This document shows positions 37,720-46,983 of a stretch of 64,000 bases of DNA, piece by piece. Numbering within the stretch: position 1 is the stretch's first letter; each line of letters starts with the position of its first letter. A program made the position numbers and the translations under genes. This DNA comes from Polyangiales bacterium (GTDB lineage Bacteria > Myxococcota_A > Polyangia > Polyangiales > Ga0077539). Location: NCBI GenBank assembly GCA_044229975.1, contig JBGARZ010000004.1, forward strand, positions 480,001-544,000, read 5' to 3'. The notes beneath the pieces were generated by a model, which searched no databases, had not been told where the DNA came from, and saw only the letters and a list, made by a program, of their open reading frames with translations.

Positions 37720-38817
37720 TCAGTGGATGCCCTGGGCCTTGGCGTCTTCGATGAGGGTGTACTCGCGCTCGAAGAGCACGCGCTGGTCGGTGACGATCTG
37801 GAGGTTCTTGCTGTTCTGCTCGGTGGGCTCGAAGGCGCCGAGGCTGGCCATCTGCTTGCCGATCTCCGCGAGCTGGTCGCAGATGTTGGTGAGCAGGTCG
37901 AGGCTGCGGGTGCGACGGTCTTGCCCCGCGAAGCCCTTGCGGTACTCCTCGAACACCTCGTTGGCCGCGCCGCCGAGGTTGCCCTGGAGGTCGGTGATCT
38001 TCGTCGACTGCCGCGCCTTCCGGATCTCCTCCAGCTCGCTGCGGTAGGTGCCGAGGCTCTGCTCGACGATGGTGATGTTCTGCTCGTTGTACTCGGCGCG
38101 CAGGCCCTTGCCCTTGAGGGTCTTCATGCGGTCGACCACCTGCGTGAGGTTGTCGATCATGCGCTGGAGCAGCTCGGGGCGGCGCGTCGCGCGCGACTTG
38201 CCCGCGAAGTGCGCCTCGTAGAGGTTGAACTGCGCGTTGGCCAGCTCGGCGAGGGCGCTCGCCTGCTCGTCGTCGGTGCCCACGGCGCGCGCCTCGATGA
38301 TCTCACCGCGCTCGGCCTTGTACATGGCGATGTTGTCGGCCACGAGCTTGAGGTCGTCCTCGACGCCGGGCTGTCCCTTGAGCTCGGGGGCGAGCTCGTT
38401 CATCGACTCCTGGATGGTCTCCAGGTCGTCGATCATCTCGGCGAGCAGGCCCAGGTCGCGGGTGTTGCGCGACTTGCCCGCGAAGTGCCGGTGGTACTTC
38501 GCGAACACGAAGTTGGCCTCGCCCCGCAGCGTCGAGAAGTCCTCGAAGCCCGGTCCGAGGCTGCGGGCCTTCATGATCTCCTTGCGCTCGGCGTCGTACA
38601 GGTTGACCGCGTCGCGCGCGGTGCCTTCGAGCTCCGTGCGGTCCTTGGACTTCGGGAGCTTCTCGAGGTCTTGCAGGAGCTGCTGCGCGCGGCGCGTCAG
38701 CGAGTTGAGGTCGTTGAGGTCGCGGGTCACGCGCGACTGACCCGCGAAGCGGGCGTCGTACTCCGCGGAGATCTGATCGAGCTGAACACGGATCTGGGCC
38801 AGGGTGAGGTTCGCCAT
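37720..38817 (-). CDS. Hypothetical all-helical protein made of four ~90-aa repeats
   Basis: FAG(Q/K)(S/D)RxTR motif at aa 24, 112, 204, 296; strong host codon bias. Confidence 0.85.
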   Translation of the reverse strand: MANLTLAQIRVQLDQISAEYDARFAGQSRVTRDLNDLNSLTRRAQQLLQDLEKLPKSKDRTELEGTARDAVNLYDAERKEIMKARSLGPGFEDFSTLRGEANFVFAKYHRHFAGKSRNTRDLGLLAEMIDDLETIQESMNELAPELKGQPGVEDDLKLVADNIAMYKAERGEIIEARAVGTDDEQASALAELANAQFNLYEAHFAGKSRATRRPELLQRMIDNLTQVVDRMKTLKGKGLRAEYNEQNITIVEQSLGTYRSELEEIRKARQSTKITDLQGNLGGAANEVFEEYRKGFAGQDRRTRSLDLLTNICDQLAEIGKQMASLGAFEPTEQNSKNLQIVTDQRVLFEREYTLIEDAKAQGIH

Positions 38818-38898
38818 AGGGGCGCGGACACTACCGGAGAGAATGCCCGTGCGCGAGGCCCCGTGGGCCCCAACGAGCGATCAAAATGCACGACGATT

Positions 38899-39025
38899 CT
38901 ACGGGAATACAACCGGCGCGGCGTGGAGCCGCGGGGCGGTCGTGCCGTCGGCGAGCTCACCGGCAGGGTTGTCGCCCCAGCACGCGACGGTGCCGCGACG
39001 ACTTCACGAACGCCCATCGAGCGGA
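38899..39025 (-). pseudogene. Remnant of the 3' end of an RCC1-repeat gene
   Basis: Manual translation GTVACWGDNPAGELADGTTAPRLHAAPVVFP*; in-frame TGA three codons upstream; 'GVREVVA' in another frame just before it. Confidence 0.55.
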
Positions 39026-39031
39026 CCGGTA

Positions 39032-39907
39032 TCACTGAGGGAGCTCATCGCGGTCCACGGCTTGTGGGACCAGAGACACGTAACAAATTCCCACGGGCCG
39101 TCGCGCGCGCACCGACACCCGGTAGCTGCCCGCCGGGTGAGCGCGGCCCACCACCGCCGTGCCCTCCCGTGGGTACTCGACGACGGTCGCGTCGGGCGCC
39201 GCGACCTGCAACGCCGCGAGTTCGGTGCCGGTACACCACGCGTCGACCTGCAGTGACTGACCGGCGTCGAGCAGGACGTCGAGCGCGGGGAAATGTCCGT
39301 TCGCGTCGATGGGGAGAAGGCGCCTGACGTCGGTGCGCCCGACCCCGAAGTACACGCTCGTGGGCAGTGCGGTAGGCCGCGCGCAGTTCGAGTGTTGCGG
39401 CGCGCAGGCGACGGTCGCGGCGGTGAGCTCGACGAGCCGTCCGTCGCGCAGCCCGCGACGGTGAGTGATCGAATATCGTGCTGGCGTCGCGCCCAGATCG
39501 TTCGCGAGGCGCCGCTCGATCACGACTCCACGCTCGATGCGGAGGCTCAGGACGAGGCCGTCGTTGCGCTCGCTCTCGTCGAGCCGGGCGACCTCTCGGA
39601 GCCGCCCGTCGCGCAGCGCGAAGACCCGCGTGTCGCGGACGGGCTCGACGCCCAGGCCGCCGCACCCGGTCGCCACGACGGCCTCGTCGCCGCCGTCGCC
39701 GTCGAGGTCCCCGAAGGCCACGCCGTACACCATGAACCACTGTCGGAAGGGAGTGTCGGTCGGCTCGGAGTAGGAGCCGTGCCGTGTCCGCACCGAGCCC
39801 AGGGAAGTGTCCGTCCAGACGCGGTTGCGGAAGTCGATCGCGCGAATGTCCTGCGCCTGCCCGACGGACGCGAAGAAGAACAGCGCGCAGAAGATCGTCG
39901 ATCGCAT
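39032..39907 (-). CDS. Secreted hypothetical protein (FG-GAP-like GDLDGDGGDEA motif)
   Basis: Start re-called at ATG 39907: MRSTIFCALFFFASVGQAQDIRAIDFRN. Confidence 0.65.
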   Translation of the reverse strand: MRSTIFCALFFFASVGQAQDIRAIDFRNRVWTDTSLGSVRTRHGSYSEPTDTPFRQWFMVYGVAFGDLDGDGGDEAVVATGCGGLGVEPVRDTRVFALRDGRLREVARLDESERNDGLVLSLRIERGVVIERRLANDLGATPARYSITHRRGLRDGRLVELTAATVACAPQHSNCARPTALPTSVYFGVGRTDVRRLLPIDANGHFPALDVLLDAGQSLQVDAWCTGTELAALQVAAPDATVVEYPREGTAVVGRAHPAGSYRVSVRARRPVGICYVSLVPQAVDRDELPQ

Positions 39908-40011
39908 GCGTCGACGCCGCAGTGCAGCGCGTGTGCCTGCGACGACCTTGAAACGCATCGTGCTCACGGGCGGTACTGCTGCGAGTCCATGAACGTCGGT
40001 CGCGCCGTCCG

Positions 40012-40764
40012 TCACTGCGCGGGCAGCGCGAGCAGCGCGCGGTCGATGTCGTCGCCCGTGAGGCGCGTCGCGAAGAGCTGCGCCACGGTGAGGCCGCGGC
40101 GGTCGAGCAGGTAGGCGACGCGCAGGTGGTAGCGCAGGTAGAGGCCGCTGCGCCTCGGGGACATGGACTCGTCGCCCGCGCGGAGGGACGCGAGCGCTCG
40201 ATCGACGTGGAGGCCGTCGCCGCGGCCGACGCGGTCGGCGTAGCCTTCGCGCAGCCACGCGGGGAGGGCGCGCTCGCGGCGGTAGCCGAGGAAGCGGTAG
40301 ATCAGCGAGTGGGCGACCTCGTGCGCGATGAAGTAGTGCATCGAGCGGCCCGCGGAGGTCGCGGGCCTTCCAGAGAGGCCGTAGACGACGTCGCGCGAGG
40401 GGTCGGCGCGGCGCAGGAACACCGCGTCGGTGAAGGGCTCGCGGTTGATGCCGCCGCCGCGTTGCCAGAGGAAGAAGAGGCGCTCGCGCCACGGGCGGTT
40501 GCAGACGAAGACGCGCGCCCGGTCGCCGGGGCGGTTGATGGGAGAGGCGCGGAGCTGGTCGTGGGCGAGGGTGAGGACGCGGCGACCGGCGGCCGCGTCG
40601 AAGGGCTCGTCGGACCAGAGGGAGAGGTTGTCGACGGAGACGGAGTGGGCGAAGAGGGGCTCCGGGTGCCGCAGCACCGCGAGGTACACGAGCGGGACGA
40701 CGACGAGGACGGCGAGCGCGGCGCCGACGGCGCGACGGAGGGCTCGGCGTCGGTGTGGGCTCAT
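40012..40764 (-). CDS. Membrane-anchored gluzincin-like metallopeptidase
   Basis: N-terminal TM; FIAHEVAHSL...PAWLREGYAD. Confidence 0.75.
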   Translation of the reverse strand: MSPHRRRALRRAVGAALAVLVVVPLVYLAVLRHPEPLFAHSVSVDNLSLWSDEPFDAAAGRRVLTLAHDQLRASPINRPGDRARVFVCNRPWRERLFFLWQRGGGINREPFTDAVFLRRADPSRDVVYGLSGRPATSAGRSMHYFIAHEVAHSLIYRFLGYRRERALPAWLREGYADRVGRGDGLHVDRALASLRAGDESMSPRRSGLYLRYHLRVAYLLDRRGLTVAQLFATRLTGDDIDRALLALPAQ

Positions 40765-40812
40765 CGCGGCGTGAACCCGCGGATGCGCGACGGGCTTCCC
40801 GGCGGGGGGCTC

Positions 40813-41274
40813 CTACGGGCGGTAATGCTGCCAGTACATGAACACCGGACGCGCCGCGGCGGTCTCGACGAGGACGACGTACCGGCCGTCCTCCGTCAGG
40901 TCGAGATAGACCTCGTCGTAACAGGTGTCGGCTCGCAGGGGCCGCGTCGTCGGGACGACGAGGGAGTCCGGGTACCGCGTCACGATCTCGTCGACGGTGG
41001 CCTGCATCACCGCGCCGGTCTCTCGTCGGTCGGTGTTGCGGAACCGGAACGTGCGGCGCTCCCTGTTCAACTCGGGGCCGAGGGCGTGGCGGCTCCCCGG
41101 CGCGGTGTGCGCCAGGAAGTAGCGGAGCGCGGCGGCGTAGACCCGCCTCGGCGACACGCGCTCCCCGTTGCTGGGATCGATCGGCAGCGCTTCGCACGGC
41201 GTCGCGTCGGCGGGCGTCGCGGTCAACAGCGACAGCACGATGCACGCGGCGATGGCGGAGCGGGTACGGGTCAT
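40813..41274 (-). CDS. Secreted hypothetical protein
   Basis: MTRTRSAIAACIVLSLLTATPADA signal peptide, ATG 41274. Confidence 0.6.
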   Translation of the reverse strand: MTRTRSAIAACIVLSLLTATPADATPCEALPIDPSNGERVSPRRVYAAALRYFLAHTAPGSRHALGPELNRERRTFRFRNTDRRETGAVMQATVDEIVTRYPDSLVVPTTRPLRADTCYDEVYLDLTEDGRYVVLVETAAARPVFMYWQHYRP

Positions 41275-41296
41275 GGTCTGGATGTCTCTCGCGTCG

Positions 41297-42238
41297 TCAG
41301 GGGCAGTTGTTGATGCCCGACGTGATGGTGGACAGCTCGCGCGCGAGGTCGTCGGCGGTGTTGGCGGGATAGAACCGCGGCGTCGACGCGCGGGCCCGTC
41401 CGCCCGCGATGGCCATCGCATCGAGCACGCTGGAGAAGGCCTCGGCGCCGTTGAGGCCGACCACATACGTGAACACCTCCCGCCGACGGAGCATCTCGAT
41501 GGACTGCACCGTGCGGTCGTCGTCCAGGCAGTTGATGGGGTCGAACACACCGTGGCCCGAGGTGCAGCTCGACGCCGCGCCCGTGCAGCGGCAGGTCGAC
41601 GGGGAGAGCGAGGGGTTGCAGTTGGGCGCGCCGTCCGTCGCGAGGATGAGGTAGCGGTCGCCGTCCGCGTCGGGGTGGTCGACGAACCACCGGCCCGCGA
41701 CCTCCACTGCCCCCGCGGTGGGCGTCGGCCCGTCTGGCGGGGTCGCGCGGAGTCGCGCGAGGATGGCGCTGGCCGCGTTGAGCTGGGGTTCGAGGTCGAG
41801 CGTCGTGCGGAGCGCGCAGACCTGTTCGTCCGCGGGCGTCCTTCCCCCCGCGACGGGCTGTGGGAAGGTCACCAGTCCGAGCGCGACGTTGCGCTCGATG
41901 CGCGGCAGGACGGCCTCCAGCGCGGCCAGCAGGGCGGCCCACTTCTGGGCGCCGCCGAGGGTGTTCTCTCGCATGCTGCCCGAGCGGTCGACGACGAGGA
42001 TCGCGCTGGTGCGGCACGCGAGAGACGTCGAGGCGTCGCCAGAGGGGGTGGTGCCGCCGGGGAGCGTTCCGCCGACGACCGCGCCGCCGCCTCCACCGCG
42101 CACACCGACCACCGTGGCCTCGTCGAAGGACGCGTCGATCGGGCCGTTGGTGAACCCCGCCGGCCGCGCGTCGCCCGAGCATCCCAGCGCCGTCGCGAGG
42201 GCGAGGACACCGACCCGCGAGAGGACGCTCGGCCACAT
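41297..42238 (-). CDS. VWA-domain lipoprotein (CglB-like architecture)
   Basis: TALGC lipobox; MIDAS DRSGSM, TPT, ILATDGAPNC. Confidence 0.85.
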   Translation of the reverse strand: MWPSVLSRVGVLALATALGCSGDARPAGFTNGPIDASFDEATVVGVRGGGGGAVVGGTLPGGTTPSGDASTSLACRTSAILVVDRSGSMRENTLGGAQKWAALLAALEAVLPRIERNVALGLVTFPQPVAGGRTPADEQVCALRTTLDLEPQLNAASAILARLRATPPDGPTPTAGAVEVAGRWFVDHPDADGDRYLILATDGAPNCNPSLSPSTCRCTGAASSCTSGHGVFDPINCLDDDRTVQSIEMLRRREVFTYVVGLNGAEAFSSVLDAMAIAGGRARASTPRFYPANTADDLARELSTITSGINNCP

Positions 42239-42249
42239 GGGGAGTGAGG

Positions 42250-42930
42250 CTACGTCCAGCCCATGCCGTGGAGCAGGCCCGCGATGCGCCCGCGCAGCCC
42301 CTGCTTCGGGCGCCGCGGCCGCTCGGCGCTCTCCCCCGCCGGGCGAAACTCGATGTTGGTGAACTCCTCCGGAAACTTCGCCTCGATGCGCTCGTAGAAC
42401 TCGTGGATGCGCGCCACGTCGGCCGCGACGTCGCCGGTGGTGTCGATCATCGGCCCGATGCCCCCGCGCTTGCGCCGGAAGTCGATGTACCCGAGCGCGA
42501 TCGGAACCTTCGCGGTGTGGGCGATCCAGTAGAAGCCCGACTTCCAGTAGCGGCTCTTGGAGCGCGTGCCTTCGGGGGCGATGAGCACCACGCGCTTGCC
42601 CGGGACGTTGAAGAGGTCGGCCATCTTCTGCACCTGGTCCTGCGCCGCCGAGCGGTCGACGGGGATGCCCCCGAGCCACCGGTAGAACGGCCCGCGGATG
42701 GGCCCTTCGAAGAGGGTGTGCTTGCCGATCCAGACGATGTCGACGCCCATCACGTAGCCGAGCCCGAGGGTCACCGGGAGGTCCCAGTTGGACGAGTGCG
42801 GCGCGGCGATGAGCACGTACTTCTCGACGTCGGGCACGACGCCCTCTTCGCGCCAGCCGAGGGCCGTGAGCACGGCCCGCCCCACCCAGTAACGCACCGG
42901 CTTCCGCTCAGAGTCTTTCGTGGCTTCCAT
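42250..42930 (-). CDS. Lysophospholipid acyltransferase (PlsC family)
   Basis: PHSSNWD, GGIPVDR, PEGTR, WKSGFY. Confidence 0.9.
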   Translation of the reverse strand: MEATKDSERKPVRYWVGRAVLTALGWREEGVVPDVEKYVLIAAPHSSNWDLPVTLGLGYVMGVDIVWIGKHTLFEGPIRGPFYRWLGGIPVDRSAAQDQVQKMADLFNVPGKRVVLIAPEGTRSKSRYWKSGFYWIAHTAKVPIALGYIDFRRKRGGIGPMIDTTGDVAADVARIHEFYERIEAKFPEEFTNIEFRPAGESAERPRRPKQGLRGRIAGLLHGMGWT

Positions 42931-43100
42931 GACGTCGGTGCCCGACCGTTCTCACGGACCCACCGGACCCCGCAAGGGGCGCCGCGTCAGAGCGGCGACG
43001 AGAAGTCCGTCGGGTCGGCGGGGAGAAGCCGACCCGCGGCCGATAGACCTCGCGTGGAGATTGGGATAGCCCGACAGGTATCCAGCTCGCGAGGGATCCG

Positions 43101-43625
43101 ATGTCGATGTCGATGTTGCCGTTGCTGGCGTTGCAGAGAGGCGCCGCGGTGGGCGCCCTGACCGGCGTGTTGTTCGCGGTGATCGGCGTGCTCGTCGCGC
43201 TGTGGGGTCGGTCGTTCCTCGCGCGCGACCGGGCCATCGGGCGGTGGCCGAAGGCGCCGGGCACCATCACGTCGTCGCGCTACGAGAGCGAGACCGGAAC
43301 GACGAGAGACGCCGATGGCTACGACATCACGTCGACGACCTTCATGCCCGTCGTCGCGTATCGGTACACCGTGCAGGGCCAGGAGTATCCGGGCACCAGG
43401 GTCGCTCGCGTGGTGGAGTGGACGGGCGACGCGCAGCGGGTGAAGGCGTGCATCGACCGCTATCCCCCGGGGGCGCGCGTGGAGGTCTTCTACGACCCGG
43501 CCGACCCGGCGACCGCGTACCTGGAGACTCGAACGTCGGGCGGTGGGGTGTTCTTGATGGTGTTCGGGGGGTTCTTCGCGTTGATGGGCTTCGGGGTGCT
43601 GGCGCTCGTGGTCGCGACCTCCTGA
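43101..43625 (+). CDS. DUF3592-domain membrane protein
   Basis: TM-WPKAPGTIT...PVVAYRYTVQGQEY...VEVFYDPADPATAYL-TM. Confidence 0.85.
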   Translation: MSMSMLPLLALQRGAAVGALTGVLFAVIGVLVALWGRSFLARDRAIGRWPKAPGTITSSRYESETGTTRDADGYDITSTTFMPVVAYRYTVQGQEYPGTRVARVVEWTGDAQRVKACIDRYPPGARVEVFYDPADPATAYLETRTSGGGVFLMVFGGFFALMGFGVLALVVATS

Positions 43626-43658
43626 GAAGGCGCGCACGCCCGATGTACCATCACCTGC

Positions 43659-45035
43659 ATGAGGTTCGTCGCCTTCGCGGCCGCGCTTGTTCTCGGCTGT
43701 TCCAGCGCGGCGACACCGGTGAGCACACCGCCTGTCGACGCAGCCACCGACGCGGCCACTGACGTCTCCCTCGACCGCCCCGACGGCTTCGACGACCGAC
43801 GGTTCTTCAACGACGCCGCCACGCCGCGCTCGGTGTGGGTCGCCGCGCTCGCCGGGCTCACGGTGCTGCCCGACTTCTCCCCGGCACCGAACCTCCAGTG
43901 CAACGACGCGACGCCCGTGGTGCCCGGCGTCGTGGTCGACGACAACCCCTTCCCGGCCAACGCCGTGGCGCCAGCCTGCGATCGCGCGCTTCCCGTCGTC
44001 GCGCCGGCGCGCTGGTATCGCGTGACCGTTCCGGGCACCGCGTCGGGCGGATCGACGCTGGTGCTCACGGCGCCCAACCTGGAATTTCAACTCTTCACGG
44101 CGTGCGATCCGGCCGTCTGCCGCGCTGCTTCGTATGTCGACCCCTACGGCGCCACCGCCGCGCGCTACATCCTGCGATGGACCAACCGGACCGGCGCCGA
44201 CGCCACCGTGTACGTCGCGGCCAGCGCGAGCGGTGGTGTGCCCATCGAACGCTTCACGTTCCGCGTCGAGATCGTCGGGCCCGAGGAGGGCGACATCTGC
44301 GGCGCCGCCATCGAAGCGCCGACCACCTACGACCGTCGCCACTTCGTGACCCGTTGGGCGAGCGAGCTCCGCCCCGTCTGCGGCGACAGCTTCGGGCGCT
44401 CCGTCCCGGTCCGGTGGTTCAGTGTGTATCTCCAGCCGGGGCAATCGGTGCTCGCGAGCGCCAACGAGCTCTCCAGCATCGCGCGGCCGGTCTGGCAGTT
44501 GTACGACTCGTGCGAGTCGACGCGCTGCCTCGCGACCTCGGGCAGCAACGTGTTCGCCAACGCCCTGGAGCACACCAACACCACGACGGAGATCGAGTCG
44601 CTCCGCCTCTCGCTCGGCAACCTCGCGCCGCAGTACGTCGACGACCTCGACGTGCGCGTGCGCACCTTCCGCGCCGCGACCAACGACCGCTGCGAGACGG
44701 CCCGGCGCGTGGCCCCCAACACCGCGCTCACCGGCGAGGACCTCACCACCGGGCGCACCGGCCCGCCGCGCTGTTCGGCCTCGATGCGCGACCGGCGCGC
44801 GCTCTGGTACGTGACCCGCGTCGACCCCGGCCACCGCTTCGAGGTGCGCGTCGCCAACGCCACGACGGCGGGCGTGGGCGTCACCCTCCAGACGACCTGC
44901 GGCGACGGCTGCGGGATCTTCGACGTCAACCGCGGAGCCGCTCCCGTCGACGTCTACTACGCCGTCAGCCAGGACACCGTGCCCGGGCTCTACGCGACCT
45001 ACGACGTGGTCGCGCTCTCACCGGTCGCTGACTGA
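43659..45035 (+). CDS. Hypothetical lipoprotein with repeated Cys-containing beta domains
   Basis: LVLGC lipobox; three units beginning (N/G)D.C with WY/WF.V motifs. Confidence 0.7.
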   Translation: MRFVAFAAALVLGCSSAATPVSTPPVDAATDAATDVSLDRPDGFDDRRFFNDAATPRSVWVAALAGLTVLPDFSPAPNLQCNDATPVVPGVVVDDNPFPANAVAPACDRALPVVAPARWYRVTVPGTASGGSTLVLTAPNLEFQLFTACDPAVCRAASYVDPYGATAARYILRWTNRTGADATVYVAASASGGVPIERFTFRVEIVGPEEGDICGAAIEAPTTYDRRHFVTRWASELRPVCGDSFGRSVPVRWFSVYLQPGQSVLASANELSSIARPVWQLYDSCESTRCLATSGSNVFANALEHTNTTTEIESLRLSLGNLAPQYVDDLDVRVRTFRAATNDRCETARRVAPNTALTGEDLTTGRTGPPRCSASMRDRRALWYVTRVDPGHRFEVRVANATTAGVGVTLQTTCGDGCGIFDVNRGAAPVDVYYAVSQDTVPGLYATYDVVALSPVAD

Positions 45036-45073
45036 ACGGCGCTCCAGCCACTCGCGTCAGGCCCCGAAAGCCC

Positions 45074-46717
45074 TCAGCGCCCGTCGCACAACCCCAGCAG
45101 AACGAGCCCCATCGGCACCGTCCCCCGCGGGCCCGCGTGGCACACCGGCGCCACCGTCGCGCGCGCCTCTTCGCGCTGCCCGCGCTGCGACTGGAGCTGC
45201 GCCAGCAACGCGCGCACGTTGATCTCCAGACTCCGGTCGCGGAAGCCCGTGCGCAGCATCCGCTCCTCGGCCAGCGCCGCGCGCAGGTCGTCCTCCGCCC
45301 CCGCCGCATCGTCGGCGTTGAGCCGCGACGCCGCCCGCACGAACCTCACCCGCGGATCGCGCGGCCACCGTCGCACCAGCGCGTCGAGCGCCGCGGGCGG
45401 AGCGTTGCCCGTCGCCACCCCATCGAACTCCGACTGCGGCGCCAGCGCCGCCGCCGCGCTCCGCGTCTGCACCACCCCGACGGCTCCCCAGCCGTAGCCC
45501 AGCAGCCCGACGAGCGCGATCGCCCACGCCACGCTTCGCCCACGCGGCGTCGGGCTCCCGACGTCCCACGTCTTCCAGAGCACCAGGCCCGCGAGCGCGC
45601 CCGCGAGCGCTCCACCGAAGTGCGCCGCGTAGTCCACCCGCGCGCCCATCGCCGACGCCAACGGCAGCAGCGACGGAACCAGCACCCGCGCCATCATCCC
45701 CTGCACGCTGCTGCGGGCCGCGCCCTCGGGCAGCCGCATCGCGCTCACCAAAGCCGCGGCGAGCAGCCCCATGATGGCACCCGACGCGCCCACGCTGACG
45801 CCGTCGGCGCCGTTGATCGCGAGGCCCATCAGCGACCCGCCGAGGGCGCCCACCACGAAGAGCGCCGCCAGCCACGCGCGCCCGAGGAGGTGTTCGAGGA
45901 CGACGCCTGCCATCCAGAGGCACAGGCCGTTCATGAGGAGGTGCATGGGCGAGGCGTGGAGCAGCGCCGCGGTGAGCAGCCGCCACCAATCGCCCTCCAG
46001 CGCGAGGCCGCGGGCGAGGGCGCCCAGCGAGACGAGGGTCAGGGTGTCGGGGGAGAAGCCCGTCGCACCCGCGGGGCGCGCGACGAGCTCGCCGAGGTAG
46101 ATGAGCGTGAGCGCTCCCAGCATCGCGAGGGTGAGCGTGGGGCGCTGCACCGACGGGTCGCCCGCCGCCACGCCGCGCGCCTGCTTGAGCTCCTCGGCGG
46201 AGAGGCGCGGCGACGAGAGCAGCGCGCGCAGCCAGCGCTCGCCGGGGTGGCTGGACTGGTGCCAGGCGAGGGTGCTCCAGACGCGCGCCGCGGGGTCGGT
46301 GGCCGCGGGGTCGAGGACGAAGCCGGAGACGCCGACCTTCTCGACGCCGGGCTCACGGTGCAGCGCCTTGAGGCGATCGCAGCGCGCGGGCGAGGCCGGG
46401 GCGTCGACGTGCCAGAGCTGGATGCTCACCGGGAGCTGCGCCCCGTTGTAGACCGGCGCGTGCACGAGGCACGCCTTGCCGATGCGGACGAGGTTCTCGG
46501 ACGAGAGGGTGAAGTTGCGCGAGGCGGCGCCATCGCGATGGTCGTGGTCGATGAGGGCGATCATCGTGAAGCGGGTTGCGTCTCGGAAGCTGAGCACCTC
46601 ATCGACGGCGGCAGCGAGCTCGGCGGCCTCTGGAACGTGCCCGCGGACGTAGCCCTTCTCCGCGAGGCGTCGGGCGAGGTAGCTGGCGAGGGACTCGGTC
46701 GCGGGGGCTTCGCTCAT
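45074..46717 (-). CDS. Rhomboid intramembrane serine protease with N-terminal soluble domain and C-terminal TPR-like region
   Basis: WWRLLTAALLH...HLLMN, VGASGAIMG, AHFGG; start re-called at ATG 46717. Confidence 0.9.
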   Translation of the reverse strand: MSEAPATESLASYLARRLAEKGYVRGHVPEAAELAAAVDEVLSFRDATRFTMIALIDHDHRDGAASRNFTLSSENLVRIGKACLVHAPVYNGAQLPVSIQLWHVDAPASPARCDRLKALHREPGVEKVGVSGFVLDPAATDPAARVWSTLAWHQSSHPGERWLRALLSSPRLSAEELKQARGVAAGDPSVQRPTLTLAMLGALTLIYLGELVARPAGATGFSPDTLTLVSLGALARGLALEGDWWRLLTAALLHASPMHLLMNGLCLWMAGVVLEHLLGRAWLAALFVVGALGGSLMGLAINGADGVSVGASGAIMGLLAAALVSAMRLPEGAARSSVQGMMARVLVPSLLPLASAMGARVDYAAHFGGALAGALAGLVLWKTWDVGSPTPRGRSVAWAIALVGLLGYGWGAVGVVQTRSAAAALAPQSEFDGVATGNAPPAALDALVRRWPRDPRVRFVRAASRLNADDAAGAEDDLRAALAEERMLRTGFRDRSLEINVRALLAQLQSQRGQREEARATVAPVCHAGPRGTVPMGLVLLGLCDGR

Positions 46718-46776
46718 CGGTCGTGGCGGGCACTGTACCGTGAGCGACCGCGGATCAGGGACGACGGCGATCCACG

Positions 46777-46940
46777 GAAGAAGCCGCAAGGGCGCGAGGG
46801 TCGCAAGGGGAAGGCAACAACGCTGGGAAGCACACGTCTTCTCCCTTGCACACGTCTCCCCCTTGCGACCCCTGCGCCCTTGCGGCTTCTTCGTCCGCTC
46901 TCGTCCGCTCTCGTCCGCTCTCGTCCGCTCTCGTCTGCTC
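46777..46940. repeat. ~35-bp inverted repeat followed by a 10-bp minisatellite (TCGTCCGCTC x5)
   Basis: gaagaagccgcaagggcgc..gggtcgcaaggg (46777-46811) pairs with 46857-46892; tandem 10-mers at 46891-46940. Confidence 0.8.
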
Positions 46941-46983
46941 TCCTTCACGCCGTCGTCGTCCATTCCGGGCATGATCCCCGGCG

